Positions 14,428 through 27,300 of a DNA stretch of 64,000 bases are shown one piece after another. Both the position numbers and the translations under genes were made by a program. The notes under the pieces are model-generated. The model did no database searches and was not told where the DNA came from. It was given only the letters and a program-made list of their open reading frames with translations. Source of the stretch: Entomortierella parvispora E1425 (Eukaryota; Fungi; Mortierellomycota); the NCBI GenBank assembly GCA_020891255.1, contig BQFW01000012.1, positions 1,984,001 to 2,048,000 on the forward strand, written 5' to 3'. Every line of letters begins with the position of its first letter. Position 1 is the stretch's first letter.

Positions 14428-17356
14428 ATGGATACACTAGAGCCGCAAACCATCGCTCCTCAATCGTTGGCAGCTGCCTCCCCTGCGCCTGTTATCTCCA
14501 CTGAAGTGTCTGGAGACCATGTAGCCGAATCTAACAACGCTGGCCTTCTGAGCGTTCCCACAAATGCACAGCCTTCAAGTCCAGCCGCATCTACTTCAGC
14601 ACAAAACGATCCCCAGCCGGCTGATGGCTCTGTCACAAATGATTCAGAGGCGAGCAAAGCACGGCAAAGGAAAAAGAAGGCCAAAGCCGCTGCAGTCCCC
14701 ATCCATCTCCCTGGACCTCTGGCAGCTCTTCCCAACACAACTACCCTGCCTGATTTGGAGGACTTCAATTTAATGCCAGAGCAGATGAAGAACCCGCTTT
14801 TTGTCGCCATTTCCAGGATCTTGATTGTTTACGGGAATGCATGGCAGAGTGCCAATGATCTAGTCGGTAAGAATGGACGGTCTGTGGCAATGGAGGGTAG
14901 CAATGTCAAAGCTGGATTGATGCCTCAAATTCTTACAAAAAGTGCCTTTTTCTTGACCATAGATGGAATTCGCCACTTTAATCTCGCAAATCTCGGGTAT
15001 GACTATTTTCATTAATGGACTTTGGACATCTAACTGCAGTTTGGACGCCATTGAACATGAGAGGCTGCTTTGTCAGGATGGAATGTTCTAATCGTAGCAT
15101 GTTCTGCTGTGGAAACAATTATCTCCAACTATTAGTGGTCGGACACCCAAGGGTACTGTACAAGGTGCCATCTCCACAGGTCTGGCTTTGGCAAGTGCGC
15201 TAGGTACTTTTGAGCCCATCGAAAAACAGCGAATGAATGGTACGACGTACTATCGCATGGCCGCCCAAGCAATGGAACCCCCCTCGTCAGGCTCTGATGC
15301 AGAGAAAGGTAATACTATGGGATAAGCCTTGATGTACCCTTGACATCTTCCATCAATCATTTACTGATATAGAGTGATTGCCGTATCTCATTGGGGAATG
15401 TTTATAGCAAAGGCGAGAATCAAGGCTAAGCCAGTGCCAACAAATGCTCGTCGAAAGCCCAAGCAACAGAGCAGCGGCGATGGTGCAAAATCCAAGAAGC
15501 GACGGCCTGTTACAGCATGGAACTCTGACACAATGAGTTCGGATAGTTCTGATGACGACGACAACGACTCGCCTAAATCGTCCAGTTCGTCAAAGCGAGT
15601 ACGGACAGGGACTCCCTCGAAACCTCTCCGTCAAGAACCGGTGGTCCCTAATGGCCTGAGAAAGCTTCCCAAGGGTTACGTTTATGATACAGAGATTCAT
15701 CAATCTTCGCTCATGAATCTTTCTATCAACCCGACCCAGACAGGCGAATACATGGAACATTTGAGGTATGTTGCAACTTGTACTAAAGACTCGATGCTAT
15801 ACGAAATTTCACTTAATGTACTCACACGTTCTCTTTTACTTGTCATTAGAGGAATCAATGCAATGGAGAATGACTATCCAGACAGGAGAGGGGATTTCTC
15901 TGTTGATTTGAATGAAGAACCATCCATGTTTGCAGTGGAGCAGCAGACAGGATACACATACCCCCGACTCCGAACCAGCAGCCGTGAGCGATTACAAAAG
16001 GCAGACTGCGAGGATGGCTTTGCCGTGTCGGACCTTAGGCACGATGGCGGATTCCTTGGACGGCTCTTTTGTATTACAGATGGGCACGGAGGTCAAGGCT
16101 GCTCCGCCTTTGTCATTGCAACGGTACCCACGGTCATGCAAGTTATTTTGGGCAAATACAGGCCTGCAGACTTGTCATTACCCCACATTCAGGAGCTGGT
16201 TAAAACGCAAATAACAGACGCCATTCGATTGATTGACAAAGAGTATCTCGACTACAAGAAGCAACAGTACTTGCAGTACAAGGCAAAGAAGCTTCAACAC
16301 GACCCTGGTAGCGACGGAACAACGCTGATTGTAAATATCTTTATCGACAAATGGATCATTTGCATCAACGTGGGCGACAGCCGTTCCATTCTTTCGTCGC
16401 GGGATCAGTCTGGACGTTGGAACGTGAATTTCCACAGTGAAGACCACACACCTTCACTGGAACGTCTTGCCCAGACCATCTACGCCAATGGAGGAGAGTT
16501 TGTGACGCACGACGATAAGCTCATCAAATTCGACCCCACGCTCAAGAATGACAAGAAACACCGCCAGTCGCTCAAAGAGGCAAGGATACGGGTGAAAGAT
16601 GCTGCCTCCAATGTTTACGGCATCCCCTATCGGACACGTAATGGACAGTGTGCTTCTGTCAATCTCGGTGCCTGCATCGGTGATGTCCTGTACAAACTCG
16701 ATCCGGTCAATCCAGTTTTGAACTGCACACCCGACATCACATTTATCGATATCAGCAATATTCAACACGGCTACTTGCTCATGGCATCAGATGGCCTCTG
16801 GGACTATGTACTTCGAGGAGGCAAGGTCCAAGATCAAAACGCGGCTGTGTCTCAGTACGTTGGTGACAAGTTGGATCGTGGATGGAACCATCAGCGTATT
16901 GTGTGTACGTTATCGGACCGGGAAGGCGAAGCTGGCCTGTACTCGGACTCGATTCAGGAATACGACGATTTCACAGCCATTCTTGTCACAGTAGGCAACA
17001 AACATTTGCAGGAGCATGGAGAGGAAGAGCTTTTGCGTCAAAAAGAAAGCGCTCGACTGAGAGATGCCATGATGGCGCGGAAGGAGAAGATGAAGCGGGA
17101 AGAAGAGGAGGGGAAAAGGCTGACACCAGAGCGTCAGGAATCAGAGCCTCAGCCAGAGCCAGAGCTAGCACCGGTATCAGACTCAAGCATGGAGATTGTT
17201 AAAAAAGACGAAGTGGCTCTGAAGAGCACGAACGGCGAAACTCTTTTGGATTCTTCCAGGGCCATGGACGTGGACTCTGAGCAGACCACCCCATTAGAAG
17301 ACCCAATGGAATCTCCATTGCACTTGGAGTCAACGGCCGAGGACACTGTCCTTTAA
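14428..17356 (+). CDS. Winged-helix (HARE-HTH/Gds1-like) plus PPM/PP2C protein phosphatase
   Basis: PP2C motifs DGHGG, DGTT, NVGDSR, EDHTP, IGD, ASDGLWD and YDDFT. Spliced N-terminal part gives ISRIL..SANDLVDGIRHFNLANLGGRTPKGTVQGAIS..YYRM. Confidence 0.85.
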
Positions 17357-17436
17357 TTTGCATATATCCCATCCATTCACATTAAAACTCAATGGGCCTT
17401 CATACTTTTTCGCTGAATGATATTTCTCCTGTAAGT

Positions 17437-18616
17437 TTATTGGGTCTTGATGGTCTTTTTGACAGCTTTGACGGATGGGATGAGGACAATAGGCAAAAAG
17501 ACAAGGGCCATCACGGCAGTTTCTGTTGTTTACGTACATGTACAGGAGTGAGAGAGATGAGTAAGTTGATAAAGTTACTGGAGGAGTTCATTATCCCTAG
17601 TGAATCGGTCAGATTGACAAGAGAGTGGCCCTTGTAGCCTTACCTGCTACCCAAAATCCGAGAAGAGGAGACCACTTGCTGTCTCTGCTCAGGAAGTTGC
17701 CCCGGTCCATCAAGTTCCAAAGGTTTTCGGTCATCTTGGCTTTGGGGTCGTTCTCGAAATATCTCACAATGTAGGCTCCAAAGACTAGAAAAAGAAGTGT
17801 TTCTCCAGTGAGCAAGACATTGTCCGCAAGCCACTTCAGGAAGGGGGGGAGTTCTTGTCTGGTTTCTCTAACTTACGTGAGGAGATGATGCAAACGTCCT
17901 GAAGAATATAGTGCGCACAAGTCAAAAAGAATCTGGACTTGTCACCAGGCGCCACCAAAGTGTGATTCTTCATCCAGATGTAACAAGGTATGTAGGCCGC
18001 CTAAAACAAGAAAAAAAAGAAGCCAACCGGGTCAATTGATCAATTCCTTTTTTTTCTTTTACTCACAGACATCCTCGATTCTTCAATTCATTACTGGGAT
18101 AAGGACGACTCCCATAGACAAAAGCGTGAAGCACATGCGAGAGAAAAAGAAATCCGTCAAGGGAAACGTCACTCCAGCGTTCCAGGCCTTGTAGTCGGAA
18201 GGGTACATGAACCTGTTATAACCCATGCCCAAGATGGCGGTGAAGCAGCTGTAGGCATGGATCCAGTATTTGTGAAAGCTCATGGGCATCTTTGCTTTGC
18301 CCTTGGGATAGCTCCTGATCTTCCTGTAGGTCATGTAGTAACCGATGATGCCCAAAAGAACGTTCGTGAACGCAAAGACGGTGGGTAGCATAGCATGGAT
18401 CTCATTCTTGTCTCCAAGCAAGAACATGGATTCCCACCCGGGGTTGTCCCAGAGCAAATAGAGTCCCGAAGGCGCAAAGATAAGGGAGAGAAAGAGGAGG
18501 TTGTAGACAAAAGAAGGAGTCAACCAAAACGTTTCTTCATTCCTGAGCGATCCGGCTGAGGTGGCGGCAAAGAGGGCGCCAAAGCTGAAGGACCAAAAGA
18601 CGTCGACTTCGATCAT
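17437..18616 (-). CDS. Uncharacterised multi-pass membrane protein, 4 exons
   Basis: ORF 18083-18616 (MIEVDVFWSFSFGALF..WDNPGWESMF) continues through three GT-AG introns to GFWVAETAVMALVFLPI..KTIKTQ with stop at 17437. Several hydrophobic segments. Confidence 0.75.
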
Positions 18617-19285
18617 GATTGGGTGTCAGGACGGGAAAAGGAGGAAAGGAAGGATGGAGGAAAGAAAGAGAGAAAAGATCAAGAGGACTGTTGTCATTGA
18701 AATTTTTGACAACCTTAAGTAGAAAGTGCTCTTGTTCCTTTTCCTTCTTGCGGGATTGCAATAAGACACTGAGGGAGGGGGTTTAAAAGTGGGTTGCAAC
18801 AACTCATCATGTCGTGGCAGGGAAGGGCTGCGTTAATCGGAGCAATGTCCACTGGCGCCTGGTGGCACGGACTGCCTCTTTACCCCGCACACTAGAATGG
18901 CTTCCGTGCACGCGAGTTTGGGTGTTGTTTTCCCTTCCGAACCGAAATCGCGATGTTCGCTCCACATTTGGGGCTCTGTTGTTGGAAGTAAACATCAACA
19001 ATATGGACATCGAACGGGTGAAGCAGTGGAGTCGTGCCCGCGTCGGCCGGTGAAAGATGACCTGAGCTGGGCACCTGAAAGACTCGCTACAAACAAAGGC
19101 TGGCACACGGGTTCTGTCGACGCAGCCGAAGTAAAGCGATCCTCTCTCGATATCCTCACACTCGGTTCTCACACTCTTTTACATGAGCTTGACAAAGTTT
19201 TTTTTTTTTCCCTCTTTCTTTCTCTTTTCCCTTTCCCCAACTCAAGCCAATTTCATCGCCCTTCATATCAACAGGACAAGCTCAC

Positions 19286-20580
19286 ATGGATTCGAAAACC
19301 GAGACTGTGGTCTACACCCCCTCAGCAGTTGCTGCCCAGCGAGGAGGGCTTTTTTACGACAGAACAACCGTTCGACTGGCCACTTCAAAATATATCCCTC
19401 ATCGCCTTGTCGAAGCCGGCATCCTTTTGGCGGAGGTTGTCTGCTTGAACGTCCCAGAATGGATCTTTGGCGAAAAGAACGGGAATGCCCCTCCAGTTGA
19501 GAAGCGTATTGAAAGTTCGATTGCGGCAAGTCGCTTGGCCATTGCTGATGCTGTATCCAAAGGTGGACGGCGCAAAGTAGCGGTCCTCACTGGTAAATTG
19601 GAAGTGAAAGTGCCGAGGATATGTCTCCTTGTTGCAACGTGCAGCTAATCTGTGATAATCTCTTCCAGGCGGTGCAAGTGGACTAGGACTGATGACGGCC
19701 ATGGCTGTCGCACAAGCAGGATATCATGTTATCATTGGCGATCGCGCAACAGAATTGGGTATCAGGGCGGTCGAGTCTATCAAAGAAAAGACTGGAAACA
19801 TGAATGTCGAGTTTGTGTACCTGGACCTGGGTTCGTTCAAAGACATCCGCGCGTTTGCTCAAGAAGTCGAGCGAAAAACTTCAACCATTGATCTCCTGAT
19901 CAACAGTAAGAGCTCGAAAATGTGTTCATACAAAGTTGGTCAATTGTGGCGAAAGCATCGTCTGATGATCTCTCTTCCTAATAGATGCTGGTGTGATGGA
20001 CTTGCCCAGCTTCCGACCCACAGTCGAAGGGATTGACAGTCAATTTGGAATTAACCATTTGGGCCACTTCTACCTTACACACCTGCTTCTCCCCAGAGTA
20101 AAGAATGCCCCCAAGGCCCGAATTGTCATGACAGCCTCTTCTGCTCATTATGGAACCGACAAGATCAACTACAGCGGCATCACTTCTGCAAAGGCATACG
20201 ATCGGATCAATAACTATTGTGGTTCCAAGCTGGCAACTGTCATGTTTGCGCGTCATCTCGCAAAGTCATTGGCCGAAACGCACCCTCATGTCACAGTGAA
20301 TTGTCTCCACCCAGGGTCCTGTTACACCAACCTATTCAAGAACTCTTGGTTCTTGTATGTGCTGACCACAATTGGATTCCAATACTTTTTGAGATCTCCT
20401 GCGCGCGGCGCCAGAACAATTACATATCTGAGTCTGAGCGAAGAAGTGGAAGGAATCACGGGTGAATACTGGTTCGACGAGAGGATCCGACAGCGAAACC
20501 CGGCCGCGAACGACGTGCAAATGCAAAAGGAACTGATTCGGTTTAGCCAAAGACTAGTCGGACTGCCCGAAGACGCGTGA
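19286..20580 (+). CDS. Classical SDR, retinol dehydrogenase/WWOX-like, 3 exons
   Basis: Spliced TGGASGLG, NAG, FGINHLGHFYLT, catalytic YCGSK, VNCLHPG. Confidence 0.9.
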
Positions 20581-20817
20581 GAGATAAAATTGGAATAAAA
20601 ATTATCGTTTAAAAAAATGGGTTTAAGGGGCCGCGTACCCAAATTGTGGAGAAGTGTGGACGAGTGCAGCTCTCTTCTCCCTCCATCATTTGCAATTGCA
20701 CCTCCTCATCGCACGACAACCTGCACTCTTCCCGCATTACTCTACATCATCGAATAGCTCTCCACTCACTCTAGTTTCTGTTCATCAACGACCATTATCA
20801 AGAAAAAGACTGCCAAT

Positions 20818-22239
20818 ATGGATCAAGCCTGGGGTTCCCGTAAATCGTAGGTCGAAATGAAGAGCTCACCAGTCTGGTTGCATTCGCGGGCGAACTTTAA
20901 ACAGGCGCTGACTGACAGACACTTCTTGCCCTCTCTTTTTTTTGTCTATTTTTCAGAACCCGCGTCCAAGGCGACAGTGCGCCGCCACCACCACCACCCT
21001 TGTCCTCCTCGTCCTCTGGGTCTTCCAAGCTGATCCAGTTGCAACGTCAGAGCTCAGCCACGGGTGCCGCCCTGACCTCATTATTGTCGACCAACAGCCA
21101 TTCAACCCATCCTACATCACATTCAACCACCATTCATTCTTCAACCGCCCACGGCATCTCACCAGCAACAACAACAGCAGGAGGATCCACACATTCAACT
21201 TCTTCAACCCACAACATCACCAGTAGCCATTCTAACGGACCCATGATCTCTGGAGGCACATTAGATTTCAGTCGAGGGGAGACTTCAGGACTGGCGACCA
21301 CAAAGTCTTCAGGAGGCGGACTCTCAGGAGTCAATGGCATCCACCACTCGTCCTCCTTGACAGCGTCAGAGATTCATCCGCTTCATTTCAATTGGGTCTT
21401 TTGGTTCATGCACCGTTCTCCCGGCAGCAAAATCCTCAATTATGAAAGCTCCATGAAGAAGATTGCAACCTTTGGCTCGGTATGACTTTTATAAGGAAAA
21501 AAAAAGAAAAAAAGAGTTTATCAGGCAGGCAAGGATGTTGCTCTATTGTTTGATCTCTTTTACTTGGGTACTAAAACTATCTTCTTCCCTTTTTTGCGAC
21601 AAATATAGGTGGAAGACTTTTGGGCGGTATATTCTCATCTGCGTCGACCACACGAACTGCCCAATGTGAGCGACTATCATTTGTTCAAACAAGGAGTGCG
21701 ACCAGTGTGGGAGGATGCAGCCAACATCAATGGCGGAAAATGGATCGTCAGACTGAAGAAGGGACTTGCCAGCCGGTACTGGGAGAACTTGGTACGTGTT
21801 TTTCTAAGAATTGCTCAGGTCTCCTCCATCAATTTTTGGAATGACTTCAGTCGAACTTATATAAGCCCTTTACTATTTTGTCCATTCTTCTTCCTCCTCT
21901 CCAGGTCATGTCTGTGATCGGCGACCAATTCGATGTGGGATCAGAGATTTGTGGGATTGTCTTGTCAATTCGAGGCGCGGAGGACATTTTATCGATCTGG
22001 AATAAGTCTGCACACGAAGGCAGGATCAATTTGAAGATCAGGTAGGGTATTCTCACCTATGACCAGGAATCGTCTATTATCAGCATATATCATCTAACAT
22101 GCGATCCTTGTCTTTATATCTCAGGGATACAATGAAGCGCGTCTTGAACTTGCCAGCAGACACTATCATGGAATATAAGACACACAATGATGCTTTGAAA
22201 GACAACACGAGCTTCAGGAACACTGACGTCTTCAGGTGA
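20818..22239 (+). CDS. EIF4E2: Class II eIF4E (4EHP/eIF4E2), multi-exon
   Basis: HPLHFNWVFWF, NYESSMKKI (Tyr at the cap-stacking Trp position typical of class II), VEDFW, PVWED..NGGKW. Ends DNTSFRNTDVFR with stop 22237-22239. Confidence 0.9.
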
Positions 22240-22345
22240 AAGCTGCACCATGTTACCATGTTGTGCATTGGACCTGGACAGAGATCAATAAAAAAATCGA
22301 TCGAGTAGCACCACTCCCCTTCTCTCAAGTGTGTGGTCAGCCTGT

Positions 22346-22354
22346 TTGGGGTTA
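22346..22354. repeat. Left 9-bp target-site duplication TTGGGGTTA
   Basis: Identical 9-mer at 31963-31971, directly abutting both TIR ends. Confidence 0.92.
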
Positions 22355-22404
22355 GGATTTATCTATTTGACAACCCAGGTTGTTCGTTTTGTTTGACAAC
22401 CCAC
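22355..22404 (+). repeat. Left terminal inverted repeat
   Basis: GGATTTATCTATTTGACAACCCAGGTTGTTCGTTTTGTTTGACAACCCAC matches the reverse complement of 31913-31962 with 4 mismatches. Confidence 0.93.
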
Positions 22405-22512
22405 CAGTCACACTTTGGAAAATTGCATGGAAACCTGGGTTGTCAGATAGTGAGCTCCACCTCGTTCGCAACAAGCCCGCAAACCCGAAGTTGCCGCCCG
22501 AAACCGCCTCCA

Positions 22513-23049
22513 TGGTACCAGCCATCGGACACGGCTTTGTGGACATCATTGTACTCTGCCTTCCATGACTCGCCAACGACCTGTCCTCCTGTGAGGGGAC
22601 AGATCACCAGCCCGTTGGCACCAGCCCCGTTGGCATCGGCTCAGTCGGTCGTCACTGCCTACCAAGGAGTGTTACACTGCGCTTCGATCAAGGCCTGGAC
22701 TCCAATTATTAAAGGCCCTCACTCGGTCGTGGTCGCAGTTGCTCATCAACTTATCCGTCGTCAGGATAGGGATACTCTTGCACGTATCCGGAAGACACGC
22801 GGCGAGGTTACTATTGCCTGGGAGAAGACTCAAGGCATCCGCTCCAAGATGAAGAAGCAAGCACAGCGAGGCCAACCTTGGAACAATGCATTTGCTACGA
22901 TCTTACCACCAGACACCTGCCAATGCGGTAAACCTCACTCCGGCCACCACCAAGGCCGTTGCCCAGATGCCCAAGATGACCTTAAGCTGGCAGACCAGCG
23001 CTTACTGGCTGGTGTGCGTGGCCAGGTTCATATATCGACACTTTTGTAA
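22513..23049 (+). pseudogene. Captured ORF fragment with CCHC-like motif (possible LINE ORF2 C-terminal remnant)
   Basis: Open frame without a suitable ATG, containing TLARIRK and CQCGKPHSGHHQGRCP (C-x-C-x6-H-x4-C). Left boundary is approximate. Confidence 0.3.
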
Positions 23050-23297
23050 CATTTTATTCTTTATTAAACAGCGATGAGTCGTGGCATTTGTTGCGCGGGG
23101 ATTCGGGCTTCATTGTTAGTAGTTTGTTCTCGCACTTCGCTTCACTGTCTCGACATAGCAAATAATATGTAAAAAAAAAAAAAGTCCACCTCGTCCGCCA
23201 TAGCATCAGAAGATATTTCGCAAGAATATTTTTATTGAATAATTGCGAACATAACCTGTTACACTTCGTCGACGTGGGATTGCGCACTATCTGTCTT

Positions 23298-24151
23298 TCA
23301 CATGTCCTCGTCGTCCTGGCAGGGGCTGACCATGTAAGATGGGTCACTCTGAAGGCCTTTGAGTGCTCGCTCGCTGACTTCCAACGTGAAAGATCGATCG
23401 CGCTTGAGTGACATGAGGTTTCTAACCTCGTCCCTTGTAAGCTTCTGCTCGGCCATTATCTCTGCTTGATTGTTTTGATGGCGATTGTAGAACACTCTCT
23501 GTTCCTCAACAGCTGCTCGCTGCATCTCAATGGCAGCTCGCTGCTCCTCGAGGGCCGTGCGCTGCTCCTCTAAGGCCAAGCGGTTATGTTCAGCGATGCT
23601 GCGCTGATGTGCCACAGCTTGTTCAGCATACGAAGCGGTGAAGGTGTTCAGAAACGACAACTGAGACTGGGTCATGCTCTCGACGAGCTTCGCGCTCTGT
23701 CCTGTGAACGTCTCCAGGAAGGCTTGATGTTGCTCAATCAACTTTTCCTCCAGAATGCTCCCCGACGCTGCGCTCCGCTACCACCAGGGCCGTTGAAGGA
23801 GGCGCCGGCGCAACAATAACGCCATTGCCATCGCCTGCACCACCTGCACCAGGGAGGAGGTGGATGTGCGATTGCATTTAGGGCGGCGTCCCTGGCAACG
23901 GCACAGTAATGGTAATGGCGATGGATCGAAGAGTTAAGGGTGAACGTCAGGCCACAGTAGCAGACGAAATCCATGTGTTTTGTGGGAATTCGACTAAAGG
24001 TGACTTGTCGATCAGTGTACCCGCACATGAACTTGATGGGGTTGTCGACGTGATACCCTGCAACATGGTTCTTCTGATTTTTGGTCTTGGGTTCGGCAGG
24101 GGGGAGGAGACCTAGCGCGCAATAGCCGTAAGTGCAAGCACCACGAGGCAT
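23298..24151 (-). pseudogene. Transposon cargo gene: two zinc-finger-like motifs, Gly/Pro linker and coiled coil; two +1 frameshifts
   Basis: ATG 24151 MPRGACTYGYC..HVAGYH and FVCYCGLTFTLNSSIHRHYHYC. Removing one base each at ~23853 and ~23762 gives a continuous 283-aa ORF into ORF 23298-23741 (EEQRxALEEQR heptads). Confidence 0.6.
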
Positions 24152-24308
24152 GTTGGAAGAGGTGAGAACGATGAGGAGGACAAGATACAGAACTGGATGC
24201 CGCAAGTACACATATTTATACATGTGGGAGTTGCTGACACAAGAAGCCTGGATGTACGAGTCAGTCGAGTCAGTCCCTTTGTTTCGAACCAGAAGAACAT
24301 GTCGGACC

Positions 24309-27300
24309 ATCATCCTCTATGACCTAGGGGATGTCTGTCAATGGCATGCATACAGAGGGCAAAATGTATCTTTTTTTCTTTTGGCCGACCATGGTACACG
24401 TACCGTCTTGCGAGTCCTTGCGAGTCGCCAGAAGTCCCAATTAGGAATGGTCTACTGTTGCATGCAAAGGCTTTTTTTTTATTTGACCGAGGGTTGACCG
24501 GGGGTAGATCAATACAAGAGGAAAGAAACACAGCTGATACCCGCTCCAGTCTTCTGATCCAGACAAGGTCAGAGCCCACTGGACTATCATCCTCTATGAC
24601 CGAGGGGATGTCTGTCAATTGCATGCATACAGAAGGCAAAATGTATCTTTTTTTTTCTTTTGGCCGACCATGGTACACGTACCGTCTTGCGAGTCCTTGC
24701 GAGTCGCCAGAAGTCCCAATTAGGAATGGTCTACTGTTGCATGCAAAGGATTTTTTTTTTTTATTTGACCGAGGGTTGACCGGGGGTAGATCAATACAAG
24801 AGGAAAGAAACACAGCTGATACCCGCTCCAGTCTTCCGGACCGGACAAGGTCAGAGCCCACTGGACTGTCACCCTCTATGACCTAGGGGATGTCTGTCAA
24901 TTGCATGCATACAGAAGGCAAAATGCACTTTTTTTTTTCTTTTGGCCGATCATGGTACACGTACCGTCTTGCGAGTCCTTGCGAGTCGCCAGAAGTCCCA
25001 ATTAGGAATGGTCTACTCTTGCATGCAGAGGATTTTTTTTTATTTGACCGAGGGTTGACCGGGGGTAGATCAATACAAGAGGAAAGAAACACAGCTGATA
25101 CCCGCTCCAGTCTTCCGGACCGGACAAGGTCAGAGCTCACTGGACTATCATCCTCTATGACCTAGGGGATGTCTGCCAATTGCATGCATACAGAAGGCAA
25201 AATGCACTTTTTTTTTTCTTTTGGCCGATCATGGTACACATACCGTCTTGCGAGTCCTTGCGAGTCGCCAGAAGTCCCAATTAGGAATGGTCTACTCTTG
25301 CATGCAGAGGTTTTTTTTTTTTTTTTTTGACTGAGGGTTGACCGGGGGTAGATCAATACCAGAGGAAAGAAACACGGCTGATACCCGCTCCAGTCTTCCG
25401 GACCGGACAAGGTCAGAGCTCACTGGACTATCACCCTCCATGACTTAGAGGATGCCTGTCAATTGCATGCATACAGAAGGCAAAATGCACTTTTTTTTTT
25501 CTTTTGGCCGACCATGGTACACATACCGTCTTGCGAGTCCTTGCGAGTCGCCAGAAGTCCCAATTAGGAATGGTCTACTGTTGCATGCAAAGGCTTTTTT
25601 TTTTTATTTGACCGAGGGTTGACCGGGGGTAGATCAATACAAGAGGAAAGAAACACAGCTGATACCCGCTCCAGTCTTCCGGACCGGACAAGGTCAGAGC
25701 TCACTGGACTATCATCCTCTATGACCTAGGGGATGCCTGTCAATTGCATGCATACAGAAGGCAAAATGCACTTTTTTTTTTCTTTTGGCCGATCATGGTA
25801 CACATACCGTCTTGCGAGTCCTTGCGAGTCGCCAGAAGTCCCAATTAGGAATGGTCTACTCTTGCATGCAGAGGTTTTTTTTTTTTTTTTTTGACTGAGG
25901 GTTGACCGGGGGTAGATCAATACCAGAGGAAAGAAACACGGCTGATACCCGCTCCAGTCTTCCGGACCGGACAAGGTCAGAGCCCACTGGACTATCACCC
26001 TCTATGACCTAGGGGATGTCTGTCAATTGCATGCATACAGAAGGCAAAATGCACTTTTTTTTTTCTTTTGGCCGATCATGGTACACGTACCGTCTTGCGA
26101 GTCCTTGCGAGTCGCCAGAAGTCCCAATTAGGAATGGTCTACTCTTGCATGCAGAGGATTTTTTTTTATTTGACCGAGGGTTGACCGGGGGTAGATCAAT
26201 ACAAGAGGAAAGAAACACAGCTGATACCCGCTCCAGTCTTCCGGACCGGACAAGGTCAGAGCTCACTGGACTATCATCCTCTATGACCTAGGGGATGCCT
26301 GTCAATTGCATGCATACAGAAGGCAAAATGCACTTTTTTTTTTCTTTTGGCCGATCATGGTACACATACCGTCTTGCGAGTCCTTGCGAGTCGCCAGAAG
26401 TCCCAATTAGGAATGGTCTACTCTTGCATGCAGAGGTTTTTTTTTTTTTTTTTTGACTGAGGGTTGACCGGGGGTAGATCAATACCAGAGGAAAGAAACA
26501 CGGCTGATACCCGCTCCAGTCTTCCGGACCGGACAAGGTCAGAGCTCACTGGACTATCACCCTCCATGACTTAGAGGATGCCTGTCAATTGCATGCATAC
26601 AGAAGGCAAAATGCACTTTTTTTTTTCTTTTGGCCGACCATGGTACACATACCGTCTTGCGAGTCCTTGCGAGTCGCCAGAAGTCCCAATTAGGAATGGT
26701 CTACTGTTGCATGCAAAGGCTTTTTTTTTTTATTTGACCGAGGGTTGACCGGGGGTAGATCAATACAAGAGGAAAGAAACACAGCTGATACCCGCTCCAG
26801 TCTTCCGGACCGGACAAGGTCAGAGCCCACTGGACTATCACCCTCTATGACCTAGGGGATGTCTGTCAATTGCATGCATACAGAAGGCAAAATGCACTTT
26901 TTTTTTTCTTTTGGCCGATCATGGTACACGTACCGTCTTGCGAGTCCTTGCGAGTCGCCAGAAGTCCCAATTAGGAATGGTCTACTCTTGCATGCAGAGG
27001 ATTTTTTTTTATTTGACCGAGGGTTGACCGGGGGTAGATCAATACAAGAGGAAAGAAACACAGCTGATACCCGCTCCAGTCTTCCGGACCGGACAAGGTC
27101 AGAGCCCACTGGACTATCACCCTCTATGACCTAGGGGATGTCTGTCAATTGCATGCATACAGAAGGCAAAATGCACTTTTTTTTTTCTTTTGGCCGACCA
27201 TGGTACACATACCGTCTTGCGAGTCCTTGCGAGTCGCCAGAAGTCCCAATTAGGAATGGTCTACTCTTGCATGCAGAGGTTTTTTTTTTTTTTTTTTGAC

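Noticed and set aside
22345-22356. Telomere-like TTTGGGGTTAGG
   Set aside because: It is a single unit, fully explained as the TSD plus the first TIR bases.
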